This document shows, in pieces, positions 23,887-24,000 of a stretch of DNA of 24,000 nucleotides. The notes below the pieces were generated by a model that saw only the letters and a program-made list of their open reading frames with translations, made no database searches and had not been told where the DNA came from. Each line of letters begins with the position of its first letter. Positions within the stretch are counted from its first letter, which is position 1. Both the position numbers and the translations under genes were made by a program. This DNA is from Synechococcales cyanobacterium VAR_4_metabat_354 (lineage in GTDB: Bacteria > Cyanobacteriota > Cyanobacteriia > Cyanobacteriales > Chamaesiphonaceae), in NCBI GenBank assembly GCA_031414775.1, contig JANOQI010000022.1:43418-67417 (forward strand), in the 5' to 3' direction.

Positions 23887-24000
23887 TTATGCCGCCGAGT
23901 CTTCGCGCTCGATGTAGAGGAAGAGGAATGCCATTGCTAAAGCAGGAAAAACCAGACCCACCAAAGGCACTAGGATTTGAGGAAGAAAAGAAGCTACCAT
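23887..24000 (-). CDS. psaI: Photosystem I subunit VIII (PsaI); the N-terminus may extend beyond the right window edge
   Basis: Reverse-strand translation from ATG 24000-23998 gives [37 protein letters not shown] (37 aa). [21 protein letters not shown] matches PsaI as I recall it. Confidence 0.75.
   Translation of the reverse strand: MVASFLPQILVPLVGLVFPALAMAFLFLYIEREDSAA

Noticed and set aside
1-24000. Search for CRISPR arrays, tRNA, rRNA, tmRNA, RNase P or 6S RNA, and for multi-gene defence islands
   Set aside because: There are no regularly spaced direct repeats, no tRNA-like T-arm (GTTCGAATC-type) sequences outside CDSs, and no intergenic gap longer than ~220 nt to house a structured RNA. 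Apart from the TnpB element and the two nuclease genes, every gene has a housekeeping identity.

Overview
Cyanobacterial chromosomal DNA. This is shown by the psbE-psbF-psbL-psbJ operon, psaI, raf1, an Hlip gene, a fibrillin gene, and saturation with the HIP1 palindrome GCGATCGC and its CGATCG core. The window is gene-dense (about 27 protein genes, short intergenic gaps) and almost entirely housekeeping. It holds a TerB-like gene (partial), purE, nagA and an 840-aa sugar-nucleotidyltransferase fusion. A long co-directional minus-strand run follows: fibrillin, Uma2 nuclease, Cas4-like PD-(D/E)XK nuclease, S41 C-terminal protease, an unknown 263-aa protein, recG, a SulP transporter and a rhomboid. 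After that come a small acidic protein, mraY, raf1, hli, a small membrane protein, a ComFB-family gene, an M23 peptidase, a CPA2/RCK antiporter, the cytochrome b559 operon and psaI. The only clearly accessory DNA is a ~1.35-kb TnpB-only IS200/IS605-type element (about 17630-19000). It has covarying left- and right-end hairpins, its own promoter-like motif and a probable 3' guide-RNA (omega/reRNA) module, and it sits between two convergent host genes. I found no rRNA, tRNA or CRISPR array by eye. I do not see a convincing novel multi-gene system. The best leads are the TnpB/guide-RNA module, a phosphohexomutase-like domain that has lost all catalytic motifs, an uncharacterised Cys-cluster protein wedged between the protease gene and recG, and a solo Cas4-like/Uma2 nuclease pair. 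All functional calls rest on motif recognition by eye; no database search or folding program was run.
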